A stretch of 63,865 nt of DNA, counting the filler, from Octopus bimaculoides (taxonomy: Eukaryota), in NCBI RefSeq assembly GCF_001194135.2. It is 5 parts of 4 records of this genome, joined end to end, with 100 filler letters (N's around TTAATTAATTAA, not from the genome) between each part and the next. Parts side by side here need not be neighbours in the genome. Positions count along the whole stretch, not along the records: positions 62,260 to 63,865 come from NC_068986.1; 4 more parts are not named here. One strand, given 5' to 3'. The position numbers were made by a program, and so were the translations under genes. The notes beneath the pieces are model-generated. The model had not been told where the DNA came from. It was given only the letters and a program-made list of their open reading frames with translations, and did not search any database. Of the stretch, positions 63,727-63,865 are shown piece by piece. The stretch's first letter is position 1. Every line of letters begins with the position of its first letter.

Positions 63727-63865
63727 TAATGGTGGCAGCTGATGAAGGAAATGTTCTCTATGTGGCCTGTGTGTTTTCTGTACTCTGTTTATCATTTTGT
63801 CCACATTTTTTTTGCAACGTCCTGTACCCAGATATGCATTTATATATACATGTAGATGTAGGTAT

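Noticed and set aside
63738-63760. CTGATGAAGG next to the pogo terminus
   Set aside because: No downstream GAAA or paired stems.

Overview
AT-rich, microsatellite-dense animal genomic DNA from a gapped short-read scaffold. The SINE families and repeat landscape look like an octopus or other coleoid cephalopod; this is inferred from recognition, not from a database search. I find no recognisable host protein-coding gene and no intact tRNA, rRNA or CRISPR array. The long ORFs in the track are artefacts of N-gaps and microsatellites. The window is a stack of transposon remnants: three or four tRNA-derived SINE families; RTE, CR1 and Tx1 LINE fragments; two families of restriction-like-endonuclease (R4/Dong-type) retrotransposons sitting in (TAA)n or (CATA)n microsatellites; several Penelope-like (PLE) fragments; an internally deleted Gypsy (Mag-like) element nested in a mariner remnant; mariner, hAT and Merlin-like MITEs; and a frameshifted pogo-family transposase. 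The most interesting signal is RNA-level. There are six hammerhead-ribozyme (HHR)-like motifs from four sequence families, including a ~352-bp tandem dimer with one HHR per unit (retrozyme-like) and a tRNA-headed HHR cassette. Fold-back palindromes recur at PLE junctions, and one fold-back MITE is centred on divergent (CCCTAA)n/(TTAGGG)n arrays. Coordinates of degraded repeats are approximate (about 10-20 bp).
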